A stretch of DNA of 60,626 nt, counting the filler, from Stramenopiles sp. TOSAG23-3 (taxonomy: Eukaryota), in the NCBI GenBank assembly GCA_900128585.1. It is 12 parts of 12 records of this genome, joined end to end, with 100 filler letters (N's around TTAATTAATTAA, not from the genome) between each part and the next. Parts side by side here need not be neighbours in the genome. Positions count along the whole stretch, not along the records: positions 1 to 4,977 come from LT643647.1; positions 5,078 to 10,054 come from LT643648.1; 10 more parts are not named here. The stretch is one strand, 5' to 3'. The notes below the pieces were generated by a model, which was given only the letters and a program-made list of their open reading frames with translations, was not told where the DNA came from and did no database searches. The translations under genes were made by a program, and so were the position numbers. Of this stretch, positions 1-10,154 are shown piece after piece (position 1 is the first letter of the stretch; each line of letters starts with the position of its first letter).

Positions 1-2
1 TT

Positions 3-74
<72 letters not shown>

Positions 75-126
75 TCGACCTTTCTTTCTTTCGACCTTTC
101 TTTCTTTCGACCTTTCTTTCTTTCTT
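1..126. repeat. (TTTC)n microsatellite at contig end
   Basis: Seen directly. Confidence 0.95.
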
Positions 127-868
127 CTATTCTATTTCTTTCTTCTATTGTATTTCTATATTATATGTATAACTTTTCCTTTCGAGTCTAAATGTGTAAA
201 AAAACGAGAAGTTAGTTAGTTAAATTAGATTTTAAAATAGTAATATACTGAATATATTAATAATAATACAATATTATAATATAATATCAATTTAGATAAT
301 ATATGTATAATATATAATATTGGATTTCTCAGCTGAACCAAAGCAGAGCCACACAGTTTGAAGTTCAATTCGGAAGGAAGAAAGAAAGAAAGGAAGAAAG
401 GAAGAAAGGAAGGAAGGAAGGAAGGAACGAGAGAGGAAGGAACGAGAGAGGAAGGTACACTTGAAAAAAGAAAGAAGGAAAAATTAGGATTTTATATAAT
501 TAAGTAAACATTATATAATATAAATTAAATATATTTATTATATGTACTGTAAGTATAATTAATATTTTGTTATAATTTAAATATAATAGTCTACCTTAAT
601 TATGGATAAAATCGATCATGTCAATGTGAGAACCAAAAAGACAGAAAGAACGAAGTAGTTGGAAGAACAACTAAACACAGTAAGGAGAATAATATAGAGA
701 GTAGAATACGCATGTGACACCACCGAATGGAACGAGATGTTGTAGAAACGTATGTATGAAAGGACTTGGAAATAGACACGTACATCAACAGCAACTTTCA
801 CACCAACACGTTTTAAATAAACACTTTACGAAAAGAAACACAACGTTCACTATCCACACTTAATAAAC

Positions 869-2407
869 ATGGTAAAATTCTCATCCCTATTCTACGCCGG
901 TGCCGCACTCTTTGCGGTGTCCGCCCAAGGAGTCCCAACCTTCCCCAGCCAGTGGAACTCGGACACCGCGTCCAAGCTTCTGTTGTGGCAAGGCGGTACG
1001 CACAACAGCACCGACGGTTCTGCGTGCTGCCCGAAGGAGGCACCGCAATGCAAGGTTCAAGCCGAAGGCCAACTTGGCACCCAGTTCGTTGACGGGAAGA
1101 ACAACATGACCGCCTTGCAGGTTGGTGGCCAAGCCATTATCTCCATCTACAACGGCCCAGGCGCGGGCAAGGAGTACTTGGTCGAGCCCTCCAAAAGTGG
1201 GTCCGGGTGGACGTGCCAGTCCTACTGCCCGTTGCAGAACAGCGATTTCTACAACCCGCTCACCTTCGACCCGTCCGCGCAGGACATGGGAAAGGCCAAG
1301 CTACCAAACGGCCAAACCTACGAACACTGGCAGTGGCAAGACAAGCTCTTCAAGACCATCAGCATGGACACCCAAGACTGGTTCATCACCCCGGGCTCCA
1401 ACGCGAAGCCATACCTGAACGCCGAGGCCCTCACCCCGTTCGGCGGCGCGCAAATCGCCGAGACGAGCACCGAATTCGACAACTTTGCCGCCGGATTGGG
1501 CAAGTTCAGCTTCAAGATTGACAACCTTTCCAGTTGCCAAGAAAGCGACAAATGCCAACAGAACAACGGGCTGGTCGGCAACTTCTTGAAGAAACACTTG
1601 AAGAACAAGCCGCAAGCCCGCCGCTCCCTTCTGGACAAGGCCGAAGAGATGGCCAACAAGAACAAGAAGGAATCCGTCGAGATGCAATTCATCGCCAAGA
1701 AGGACGCCACTGCCGCCCAGTTCCCAAAAGACTGGTCGGCCAGCGTCACCAACACCATGCTGATCAACCAAGGCGGCCAACCAGGCCCAGAGGGCTCCCA
1801 ATGCTGCACCTCCTCCTTCAGCGGCCAATGCCAAATCCAAAGCCAATACCAAAACGGCATGAAGTACTTTGACTTCACCAACCAGCGCACCCGCATGGAA
1901 GACCCCATCAACGGTATCGTCGTCGCCCTGTACGGTAAGGAAGGCAAGAACATGCTGGTCGTCCACAACGGCACCCACGACGTTTGCGAAAAGTACTGCC
2001 CCATCGACCCCCGCGACACCCTTCCAGGAGGCAACGATTACTTCTTGGACCCGAACGCGACCGACCTTGGCAAGACCACGTACAAGGGCCAATCCGCGGA
2101 GCACTACCAATGGAAACAGACCATCTTCAAGGTAATCACCATGCAGACCACGGACTTCTACGCCTCCGAAGCCGACTCCACCCCGTTGGGCGCCGAGTCC
2201 AAGCTTACCCCGTTCGGCGGGCCACAAATTGGCAGCCAAAGCACCATGTGGGACAACTTCAAGGCAGGCACCCCGCCCGCCAGCAAGTTCGACATCCACG
2301 GCGTCGACACCTGCCCACAAGACCCGCAATGCGGTCAACAAAAGTACCAAGCCCGCCGCTTGGCCGACAAGCAATTCCACTCGTTCGCCACGTACCACTC
2401 CGTCTGA
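869..2407 (+). CDS. Secreted protein with two tandem Cys-containing domains, ependymin-related (EPDR)/LolA-fold-like
   Basis: N-terminal signal peptide; clear internal duplication (FPSQW/FPKDW, CC..C, C..YCP, TPFGG, C-x5-C); YFDFTNQRTRME resembles the ependymin YD.xNxRxR motif; strong C-ending codon bias. Confidence 0.65.
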   Translation: MVKFSSLFYAGAALFAVSAQGVPTFPSQWNSDTASKLLLWQGGTHNSTDGSACCPKEAPQCKVQAEGQLGTQFVDGKNNMTALQVGGQAIISIYNGPGAGKEYLVEPSKSGSGWTCQSYCPLQNSDFYNPLTFDPSAQDMGKAKLPNGQTYEHWQWQDKLFKTISMDTQDWFITPGSNAKPYLNAEALTPFGGAQIAETSTEFDNFAAGLGKFSFKIDNLSSCQESDKCQQNNGLVGNFLKKHLKNKPQARRSLLDKAEEMANKNKKESVEMQFIAKKDATAAQFPKDWSASVTNTMLINQGGQPGPEGSQCCTSSFSGQCQIQSQYQNGMKYFDFTNQRTRMEDPINGIVVALYGKEGKNMLVVHNGTHDVCEKYCPIDPRDTLPGGNDYFLDPNATDLGKTTYKGQSAEHYQWKQTIFKVITMQTTDFYASEADSTPLGAESKLTPFGGPQIGSQSTMWDNFKAGTPPASKFDIHGVDTCPQDPQCGQQKYQARRLADKQFHSFATYHSV

Positions 2408-2828
2408 GTCGATGCGATGGCACGAGTCGGTGGATGACCCGCGGGAGGACGAAAGGGCACACCGCGTGACCCGAAAGGCCCCCCCCGGTTGGGCCATCTC
2501 ATGGCAAGACGAAATACAAAGGAGTCTTTTTTTACGAGACCAATACGTCATACGTGGAAGGCTGCGCCGAGTATCGTTGGAAACACAACATATAACGCGT
2601 GCCACACCATTTTATACAATGCATATATATATATATTATGCACGCCATAACATAGATTTATAATATATGTTTTCGTAAAAAATACAAGTTGATATCTTAT
2701 ATAAAAAAATATTTGTTTGAAGGACACTCAAAAAAGAAAAAAAAGAAGGTAAACCGTTCAAGAACCTAAATCTATATATATACTGACATAATTTTTTAGA
2801 TACTGATACCCCCATTTATAACAAAATT

Positions 2829-4271
2829 TTATTTCGTTGGAAGCTGAAACCCCCGACGGCGCAACTCCGCGACGATGCTCTCAAACTCCGCCCGCCCGGT
2901 CTCGGAGGACTGCAGGTCGCCCGAACGGGACAGTATGTACGCGGTATCGGTTCGGTCGCCATCGATCACCACCAAGTATTCATCTTCCGATACGCCATTC
3001 TTGCCGACCTTTCCGTGGTCTACTACCCCCGACATGATAAAGTACATTTCTTTTCTACCGATCAAAAACCCGTCTGCATCTACCCAAGCTTTCGGAAAAT
3101 GCGTCACAAAGTTCACAAACTCATCCTCCCCCTGCTGGGTTGGAGCGAGGTACGGCTCCATTTCGAATTTTGCCCTCTCGCCGTTCTTCCCCACGCAACG
3201 AAGGCGAAACGTGCGGGCCCCGCCCTCGGCGCTGAAAACAAGACTACCAAACTTTTCCCCCGGCGGACATTTCGAAATGGCGACCTGAGACCCGCGCTGC
3301 CCCCGCCGAAACAGCAGCTGCATCGCCGCGGGCTGGGTGCACGCCTCGACGGCCCACGCCCCTCGAATCGCATCGGTGTCCAGCTCGTCGTAACTCAGGG
3401 CACTTTGGGGAAGGTAAAGCTTTTTCTCGCTAATGTCTTTGTGGTACTTTGGCAGCGGGAAGAACCCACTAGTAGTCCGCTCGTACTTTCGGTACCCCTC
3501 CCCGTGCTCCGTTTCCCCCAGCTTGTCCAGCATGGGGGCGTCCACGTACGCCAACTTCCCCAGCATCAGCACTGGGCCAAACAAAAGACTGAACACCCCG
3601 CCGCCTAGCGCAGGCAACGAGGCCCATACCATCCAAGAGAAAAACAAGTCTGGGTGACGTGTATACTCGTACATTCGGTCGTAGAACGGCTTCGCGTCCT
3701 TCGGCCGAAGGTTGCATATCCCTGCGGCCACGGCGGAAGACACCATAATTACGCCGCCAAGGAAATTCCGCATGGTAAACTTTGACGCGTTCTTGCACAC
3801 GAAGAAAAATGGAATCGTCGTGGCGACGCCGAGCAGGGCGTCCTTGGTGGCCTTCGCAACGTCTAAACCCGCTTTCTTCTCGGGGCGTTTTGTCAGCCTG
3901 TTTTGGCGCATCTCGGAGAGTCCGGCGCCGTAGAACACTGCGGCAAGGCACGAAAACGTGCGCCGTGCGATGCTCCCGGGCAAGAACGCGGCGTAAAATA
4001 GGGCGACCCCGCTGAAGCACACCCGGCCCACGTCGACCGGCAGGGGCGTCTGTGTATATTCCACCCCGTACGCTTCGTACGTACACCCAAGCCCGTAGAA
4101 TACTGTACCCCCGATCGTACCCTGAAGGAAGGTGGCGAACGGGGACACAGGCTTGCGCTCCGCGCCCTTCAAACCCCCGCCGGCTGCCGCCTCTTTCTCT
4201 GCCGTGGCATACCGACGCCGACCAAGGAGCCGAATACGCCCAAGAACGTGTCTACTGGCGGCGCGAAACAT
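2829..4271 (-). CDS. Membrane protein: DUF1295/steroid-5-alpha-reductase-ICMT-like domain plus C-terminal lipocalin-like domain; probable mitochondrial presequence
   Basis: ATG at 4271 (MFRAASRHVLGRIRLLGRRRYA, Arg-rich, no acidic residues); YEYTRHPDLF and GYRKYERTTSGFFPLP motifs; lipocalin-like GAW and AYILSR motifs. Confidence 0.7.
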   Translation of the reverse strand: MFRAASRHVLGRIRLLGRRRYATAEKEAAAGGGLKGAERKPVSPFATFLQGTIGGTVFYGLGCTYEAYGVEYTQTPLPVDVGRVCFSGVALFYAAFLPGSIARRTFSCLAAVFYGAGLSEMRQNRLTKRPEKKAGLDVAKATKDALLGVATTIPFFFVCKNASKFTMRNFLGGVIMVSSAVAAGICNLRPKDAKPFYDRMYEYTRHPDLFFSWMVWASLPALGGGVFSLLFGPVLMLGKLAYVDAPMLDKLGETEHGEGYRKYERTTSGFFPLPKYHKDISEKKLYLPQSALSYDELDTDAIRGAWAVEACTQPAAMQLLFRRGQRGSQVAISKCPPGEKFGSLVFSAEGGARTFRLRCVGKNGERAKFEMEPYLAPTQQGEDEFVNFVTHFPKAWVDADGFLIGRKEMYFIMSGVVDHGKVGKNGVSEDEYLVVIDGDRTDTAYILSRSGDLQSSETGRAEFESIVAELRRRGFQLPTK

Positions 4272-4897
4272 AGAACGGCCGAACACAAAAAGGGGAAGGA
4301 AAAGGACACACACTAGAAAAGAGAAGATAAAAAGACGAAGGCTGTTTAATTAGACCGTATAACAGTTCTTTCGAAATCTTCTTCTTCCCATCCTTCCTTC
4401 TTAAATATGTTCCGTATGTGTCGGAGATGAGATGAAATGGAAAGTCAACTAATAAAAAAGAGAGTAGATATAGTACAGATACCTGTACCGGTTGTAGTAC
4501 CACCAACAAAGAAGTAATAATAATAATAAAAAAGTAATAAAGAAGAAGGTCGTCCGTCGTCGTCGTCTTCTTCTATTAATTATTATTTAATTAAAAAAAA
4601 AAAAATATCTTTTTTTTTTTCTTCTTCTTCTTCTTCTTTTTTTTGTGAAGAAGAAGAAGAAGAAGAAGAAGAAAGAAGAAAAAGAAGAAAACAAACAAAA
4701 TGAGCGTCGAAATGATGAGAAGAATAAAGACTGTACTTAAATAATGTATTATTTAAATAGATAATATTTGTAAATAAAAATAATATAATATATTATAACT
4801 ATATAAATACTGTACTATAATAATTATTCTATACAATATTTATTTTAATAGATATTTTATACTTATAATAAAATACAATACGTTTTACTTTGAGGAC

Positions 4898-4977
4898 TTT
4901 TCTTCTTTTCTTCTTTTCTTCTTTTCTTCTTCTTCTTCTTCTTCTTCTTCTTCTTCTTCTTCTTCTTCTTCTTCTTC
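4898..4977. repeat. (CTT)n microsatellite at contig end
   Basis: Seen directly. Confidence 0.95.
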
Positions 4978-5077
4978 NNNNNNNNNNNNNNNNNNNNNNN
5001 NNNNNNNNNNNNNNNNNNNNNTTAATTAATTAANNNNNNNNNNNNNNNNNNNNNNNNNNNNNNNNNNNNNNNNNNNN
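4978..5077. other. Artificial contig linker N44-TTAATTAATTAA-N44 (first of 11; others at 10055-10154, 15130-15229, 20194-20293, 25254-25353, 30314-30413, 35372-35471, 40427-40526, 45480-45579, 50533-50632, 55584-55683)
   Basis: Identical 100-bp spacer with stops in all six frames; the intervening contigs are ordered by non-increasing length (4977 to 4943 bp). Confidence 0.99.
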
Positions 5078-5374
5078 TTACATCCATAGGAATTTTACTG
5101 AACAGAATTAGTAACCTATATGCAAATAGCACCTGTGACGAATACCGGTCGTCACAAAGTGGAGATCAGTATTATTATTATAAATTAATAAATAATATGG
5201 AAAAATAATAATAACAGCTCACAAAAAAATTTGAATCATCTGCCGCCGCCTTCACTTTTTAAAATTTAATCTTCCTGGCAAGTTTTTGATTACAACACTC
5301 TTCCGTTGAAAAAGAACGTTAGACCCGTTAGTTTTTGATAGAAAAAGACAGCTCAGGGTAGTTCATCTCAGCCC

Positions 5375-6901
5375 ATGGACGTCCCCAAAGGAAAGATGGC
5401 AAGTTCTACTGTTTCAGCCCCAGCCCCGCCTTTCTCGTCGGGAGAGTTGAACCTGAACAAAACCTTTTCCGAGGGTAGGCGAAGCTGCAAATATAAAATA
5501 ACATGCTTCAAAAACCCCGTGTATAAATTCGCCTGTGCGGGGATGCTGTGTTCAACTGTGCACAACATGGTTTATTCAATCTTGTCAATTTCTTTGATAA
5601 CGATAGCAAAAGAGTTCGGTTTAACATTTACCCAGCGTGGCTTCATTCTAAGCGGTTTCTCCTTGACGTATGCGTGTTTTCAAATACCTGGGGGAGTTTT
5701 CGTGCAAAAATTTGGAGCCTTTATTGGCCCATTCCTTAGTTCGATGGGAAGCTGCGCATCCTTGCTGGCAATTCCATTTTTAATCGACAATGTTTCTGAT
5801 AGCCACGCTTCGGCTGTAATGTATATATTTTATGGTGCCATGTTGGTTTTGGGAGCTTTGGGGGCAGGGTTTAATCCGGCGTTTCATACGATGATATCCT
5901 ACAAGGTGACCGTAGAAGAACGATCTCTGGTTCACAACGTTGTGTACTCTGGCCAGCAGCTAGGGTCGATACTGTCTACCGTTGGTGTTGACATTGGGAT
6001 AAGTGCATTTGGTTGGCGGAATACGTTCGTCATTGCCGCTGCAATATGTTTTGTCGCTGGTCTAGTTTGGTTTCTTGCCGTAGACACAGAGAAAATGCCA
6101 AACGTTCACGATGCTCCTGACTCTTCGTATCAACAGCTGGAGGGATCGCCAAAATTTACCGTAGAGAAATTTAGAGACGACAAGGAGGCGGATAGATTAG
6201 AAGAACAGCATTTTACTCGGTATGAGAAATGGAAGGCGGTGCTGATCGCCCCTGCATTTTGGGTTATCTGCGTAAACCATTTTGGTTCTGTTTGGGTGTC
6301 TAGAGTAGCTGTAAATTGGGGTCCGACATTTTTACACTCGAGAGCCGCAATCCCGTTCCTTGATTTAGGGTACCTTGCGGCCCTCCCGAGGGTTTTTGGT
6401 TTCTTTGTTATTCTCGGTTCTGGAAAACTGGCATTTTACCTGCTAGGGGAAAGGAACTGGACAGTTGTCCAAGTCCGGAAGGTTTTGCAAACGGTTGGAT
6501 TAAGCATTCCTGCGCTGCTTCTAATTTGGATGAATTATGAAACCAATACTGTTTTAGTATCCGCGTTATTCCTGTTGGCGACTGCGTTCAACGTCATAAC
6601 CTTTTGCGGGTACCATGTAAACCATATAGACATATCCCCAGATCCAACAATGACTGGTCTGATGTACGCTATTACCAATACCATTGGCCAGATTGCAGGT
6701 ATAACAGAACCACTGATTGACGGGGCAATATTGCAAGTTAAGAAGCATGGCGAAAACGTTAATCATGAAAAACTTCCCTCGCCTTCCCTCTCTGCATGGA
6801 CACACGTCTGGTACATTGTTGTCGGAGTGAGTGTAGTTTGCACAGTACTATGGAACATTTTTTGTAAGGGAACTCCTCTTCCAGTCAGAAAATTACAGTA
6901 A
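5375..6901 (+). CDS. MFS anion:cation symporter (SLC17/sialin/PHT4 family)
   Basis: About 12 hydrophobic segments; family motifs G.ILSGF..Y...QIPGG, GW...F, VRK, NHIDISP, G.MYAITNT.G. Confidence 0.9.
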   Translation: MDVPKGKMASSTVSAPAPPFSSGELNLNKTFSEGRRSCKYKITCFKNPVYKFACAGMLCSTVHNMVYSILSISLITIAKEFGLTFTQRGFILSGFSLTYACFQIPGGVFVQKFGAFIGPFLSSMGSCASLLAIPFLIDNVSDSHASAVMYIFYGAMLVLGALGAGFNPAFHTMISYKVTVEERSLVHNVVYSGQQLGSILSTVGVDIGISAFGWRNTFVIAAAICFVAGLVWFLAVDTEKMPNVHDAPDSSYQQLEGSPKFTVEKFRDDKEADRLEEQHFTRYEKWKAVLIAPAFWVICVNHFGSVWVSRVAVNWGPTFLHSRAAIPFLDLGYLAALPRVFGFFVILGSGKLAFYLLGERNWTVVQVRKVLQTVGLSIPALLLIWMNYETNTVLVSALFLLATAFNVITFCGYHVNHIDISPDPTMTGLMYAITNTIGQIAGITEPLIDGAILQVKKHGENVNHEKLPSPSLSAWTHVWYIVVGVSVVCTVLWNIFCKGTPLPVRKLQ

Positions 6902-7219
6902 AGCGATAGCACAATGTCTGTAAACAAAAAGAATGGCTGTTATTTAGGAAAAATATCTTTTTTAAAAACAAGAAAATTGTTTAAAAACAAGAAACTTGGG
7001 GAGGATCTGCAATAGGAGGGAGATATTGTTCTTGAACTGACACCTTCTTTTTTCTTTAATTTTTAAATTTACTATTAAAATAACAGCCAATTTTTCTTGT
7101 TATATAGTATATGTTTTAAGACTCTCATTTTTTATCTGGTGATACGTATGAAATTTTATCTCTAAATAACACAGAGCGTACAGTATTATTTTTGGCCTGC
7201 CCTCTCCTAAAAATGTGTT

Positions 7220-9718
7220 TTAGAATTTTCGTATTGCATTTTGAATATTCTCTGCGCTAAAATCACTTCTTAGGTTTAGCGTTTTTACCAGGTCTTCTTG
7301 GTTCAATTTCCGTATCGTCTTGTCTTCCATAAATTCGGAGATATCCTCCAATACCTCGACACTAAGCACGAGGGCCATTTCGCTGAGCCTAGCAAAGCGT
7401 TTTCGCACATTACGGGAACTTCGTTCGGTAAACAGAACCAACAGGGCTCGCAGGTCTTGGTCAAACTTTAGGCCCCCAAAGTGACTAAAAACCTTTCGGC
7501 GCAAGGCTCCTTCCACTCGCCGTGATACTGTTTCGATCACATGGTGGAGAATGTACTCAAAATTTCGCTTGACAAAGGCTATTCGGTAAGGATCGATAAT
7601 CACCTTCAGCCGTTCCACAATCTCCGATCGAAATGGATCCAAAGCCTCCATTTCATCGTATTCATTTTCATCTAAATCGTACCGAACCACGGAGCCTGCG
7701 CCATTCATTGCGTCCATTACCCCACGCACTCGCAGACGATGGGTTGCGCAAAGCTTTCCCAATCCAGCATCCAAAATTTTCTTACAGTGTGACCCACAGC
7801 TGCTCAACATTTCCAAACATCCCGCTATTTTGTCTTGGTCGCCATCTTCGAAAAAGACGGCCCGGCCCTCCTCCCGAAGTCGTTCCACTAGTCTACCGGT
7901 GTACTGAAACGCAGCGTGCAAATTGTTTAGAGTCACTGCGGACGATTCAGAGTCTTCCAACATCTGTAAGCCTATTTTGTTCAGGGCAGAAGCAGAGTAA
8001 TCATCGCCCAGCAGCAACTTCCCGTTGTCTTCCACATGATCAGTTCGTCTGCCATACCCCTCAACCAACGAGCTGCTTACCACGTTGCCAGCAAAATTTA
8101 TTACGGCGCAGTAATTGTCAACAACGCCCGTCGCTAAAGCCCGCATTGCACTATTTTGCAACAAAAAGAAGGTCTCTTCGATTGCCGAACTTGCACAACT
8201 CTCTGGCATTGCCCCAACGACTTGAAACGCACCATTTAGATCCCTGTGGTACCCTGGTGGTATTGAAATTTCGTCTCTTTCAAATGCAGACGTGCTGTTC
8301 TGTTGCATAGACTCGGCTTCCAGCTGTATGTAGTGCGCCGAAAGTTCCTGAAGCGCTATGCCAAGCGCCGACCGCCCTAATTTTTCGCGGGTCAGCCCGA
8401 ATTGGCCAACATCCAACGCTTTTGTTTGGGGCGTTAACGTTGGAGATGGGGCAGGTGTATCCTCGTCGCTGTCCTCGTCCAGAAAATCGCCACCGTCAAC
8501 ATGATCGTCCTCGTCGCTAGAAACGGCACTAGGCGCAGGTTCCTGCTTGTCGAAATCGCCCCGTGATATTTGTTTCCCCTGTTCTATTAGCCACCGAAAG
8601 TAATTTTCACAGTGCTGTGTCAACATGGCACATTGGTTCAAAACATAGTCAGCTTCGGCTGATAATGGTATTTCCATCCCGTTCGCATCCAACCCTTCCG
8701 TTTCCCCATTTCTTAGTTTTTCCGTCAGGTTTATCAACCGTTTATCATCAATGAAGCGTTTGATAAGTTTTGAGGCAATGAAATCGCATTCTTTGTTGAC
8801 CGCGGAGATCACGACGGCGAACTGGTGCGACAGTTTAGTTGGTTCAACGGTGACGTTTCCACCACCTTTCATGCAGTTTTCTGCAGTTGCTTTGCCTGTT
8901 TGCATAAGTTCAGAGGAGCGATTCAGCAGCCTAGACATGATTTGAACGTGGGGCATTGCGTTCGGCCTGTCGTCCACGGTGAGCATTTCGTCATCGTGAT
9001 GGGACTTCAACAGAGTCTTTAAAAATCCTACGTAGCGTTTCAGCCCATCATCGGATTTTCCCAGGGCAGCAAATACACGGTAATATTGCACGATCGCATT
9101 TTCGTCCCCAGCCGCCAGCGCTGCGTCAAACTTATCCACCGTGACTTGTTCCAAACGGGTTTCGGCGTCTGCAATAATTCGGCTGTGCTCCGAGCTTACG
9201 TCGATGCCTCTCGTTTGCATTGCAGTTTTACACAGCTGCACGTGTTTTGCAGCAGACGAGTAATCCCTCTCTCGCAGTGCACTTTTAATGCATGAAATGC
9301 TCTCTTTGACTTGGATTGTGGCTTTCGTCAGCGCGATCTTGGCCGCAATTGCAATTTTTTTATCCTCGAGGGCGTGAACTTTTTTGCTAATACTTGAAGC
9401 CGTCTTGTTTGCCAACTCAAGCTTGTCCCCGACTTTACTTAACCAGTGCTGGGACTTTTCTGTTTCAACCGAAGCGATCCGACGATATTCTTCAAGCTGG
9501 GGGAGAATAGTAAGCTCAAAAAAGTCCTGCGCTTCATCATCATCCAGAGGACTACTTTTCGGATACAAAAATTTCATTATAGCTTCCTCTGCTTTTGCAT
9601 CCTCGTCTTCTGTTGCTTTCAGAAGCACTTGAAATTCCGACAGAGTTTTGCACCGCATCACGTCCTCGTACTTCCCGTTTCCGGCGCCCTGGTCTCCTTG
9701 TTCCGTCTCCAACGACAT
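7220..9718 (-). CDS. COG4: Conserved oligomeric Golgi complex subunit 4
   Basis: DYSSAAKHV N-terminal motif, IEETFFLL...RALATG core, YDLDENEY, and C-terminal FSHFGGLKFDQDLR...RKRFARLSEM...LNLRSDF. Confidence 0.93.
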   Translation of the reverse strand: MSLETEQGDQGAGNGKYEDVMRCKTLSEFQVLLKATEDEDAKAEEAIMKFLYPKSSPLDDDEAQDFFELTILPQLEEYRRIASVETEKSQHWLSKVGDKLELANKTASSISKKVHALEDKKIAIAAKIALTKATIQVKESISCIKSALRERDYSSAAKHVQLCKTAMQTRGIDVSSEHSRIIADAETRLEQVTVDKFDAALAAGDENAIVQYYRVFAALGKSDDGLKRYVGFLKTLLKSHHDDEMLTVDDRPNAMPHVQIMSRLLNRSSELMQTGKATAENCMKGGGNVTVEPTKLSHQFAVVISAVNKECDFIASKLIKRFIDDKRLINLTEKLRNGETEGLDANGMEIPLSAEADYVLNQCAMLTQHCENYFRWLIEQGKQISRGDFDKQEPAPSAVSSDEDDHVDGGDFLDEDSDEDTPAPSPTLTPQTKALDVGQFGLTREKLGRSALGIALQELSAHYIQLEAESMQQNSTSAFERDEISIPPGYHRDLNGAFQVVGAMPESCASSAIEETFFLLQNSAMRALATGVVDNYCAVINFAGNVVSSSLVEGYGRRTDHVEDNGKLLLGDDYSASALNKIGLQMLEDSESSAVTLNNLHAAFQYTGRLVERLREEGRAVFFEDGDQDKIAGCLEMLSSCGSHCKKILDAGLGKLCATHRLRVRGVMDAMNGAGSVVRYDLDENEYDEMEALDPFRSEIVERLKVIIDPYRIAFVKRNFEYILHHVIETVSRRVEGALRRKVFSHFGGLKFDQDLRALLVLFTERSSRNVRKRFARLSEMALVLSVEVLEDISEFMEDKTIRKLNQEDLVKTLNLRSDFSAENIQNAIRKF

Positions 9719-10154
9719 ACTGATTGGCAGAAGATGAAGAACGACAACAAAGCTCCAAGTTCCTCTTTCTTTTAGCCCGTTCGCGCGTTAATACGAAGAA
9801 CCTTACTTCTTCGATTAAATCTTCTTAATCCCTTTGTCTTTTTCCATCTTAAAATATTATGTGAACTTCTTTTCAATTAAAAAACTAGAAGGGAGTTAGT
9901 GATACGAAAAATAACATTGAATAACATCGAAAAAACTTATTTAGAAAAAGTTCTATTTTATTTTCACTATACAAATTTATATATGAAGTTGTTACAAATA
10001 CAATATTTTAGGTTTTTGCAAAACAATAAAAGAAGGGCTAGCTTCTTTGGTATGNNNNNNNNNNNNNNNNNNNNNNNNNNNNNNNNNNNNNNNNNNNNTT
10101 AATTAATTAANNNNNNNNNNNNNNNNNNNNNNNNNNNNNNNNNNNNNNNNNNNN

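Noticed and set aside
2408-2500. SECIS or hammerhead-like structure in the GC-rich 3' UTR (ATGA...GAAA...TGA)
   Set aside because: Only a 5-bp stem supports a SECIS, there is no CUGAUGA hammerhead core, and the TGA behaves as a normal terminal stop.
5022-5033. Regularly spaced TTAATTAATTAA palindrome about every 5 kb
   Set aside because: Synthetic six-frame-stop linker, not biological.
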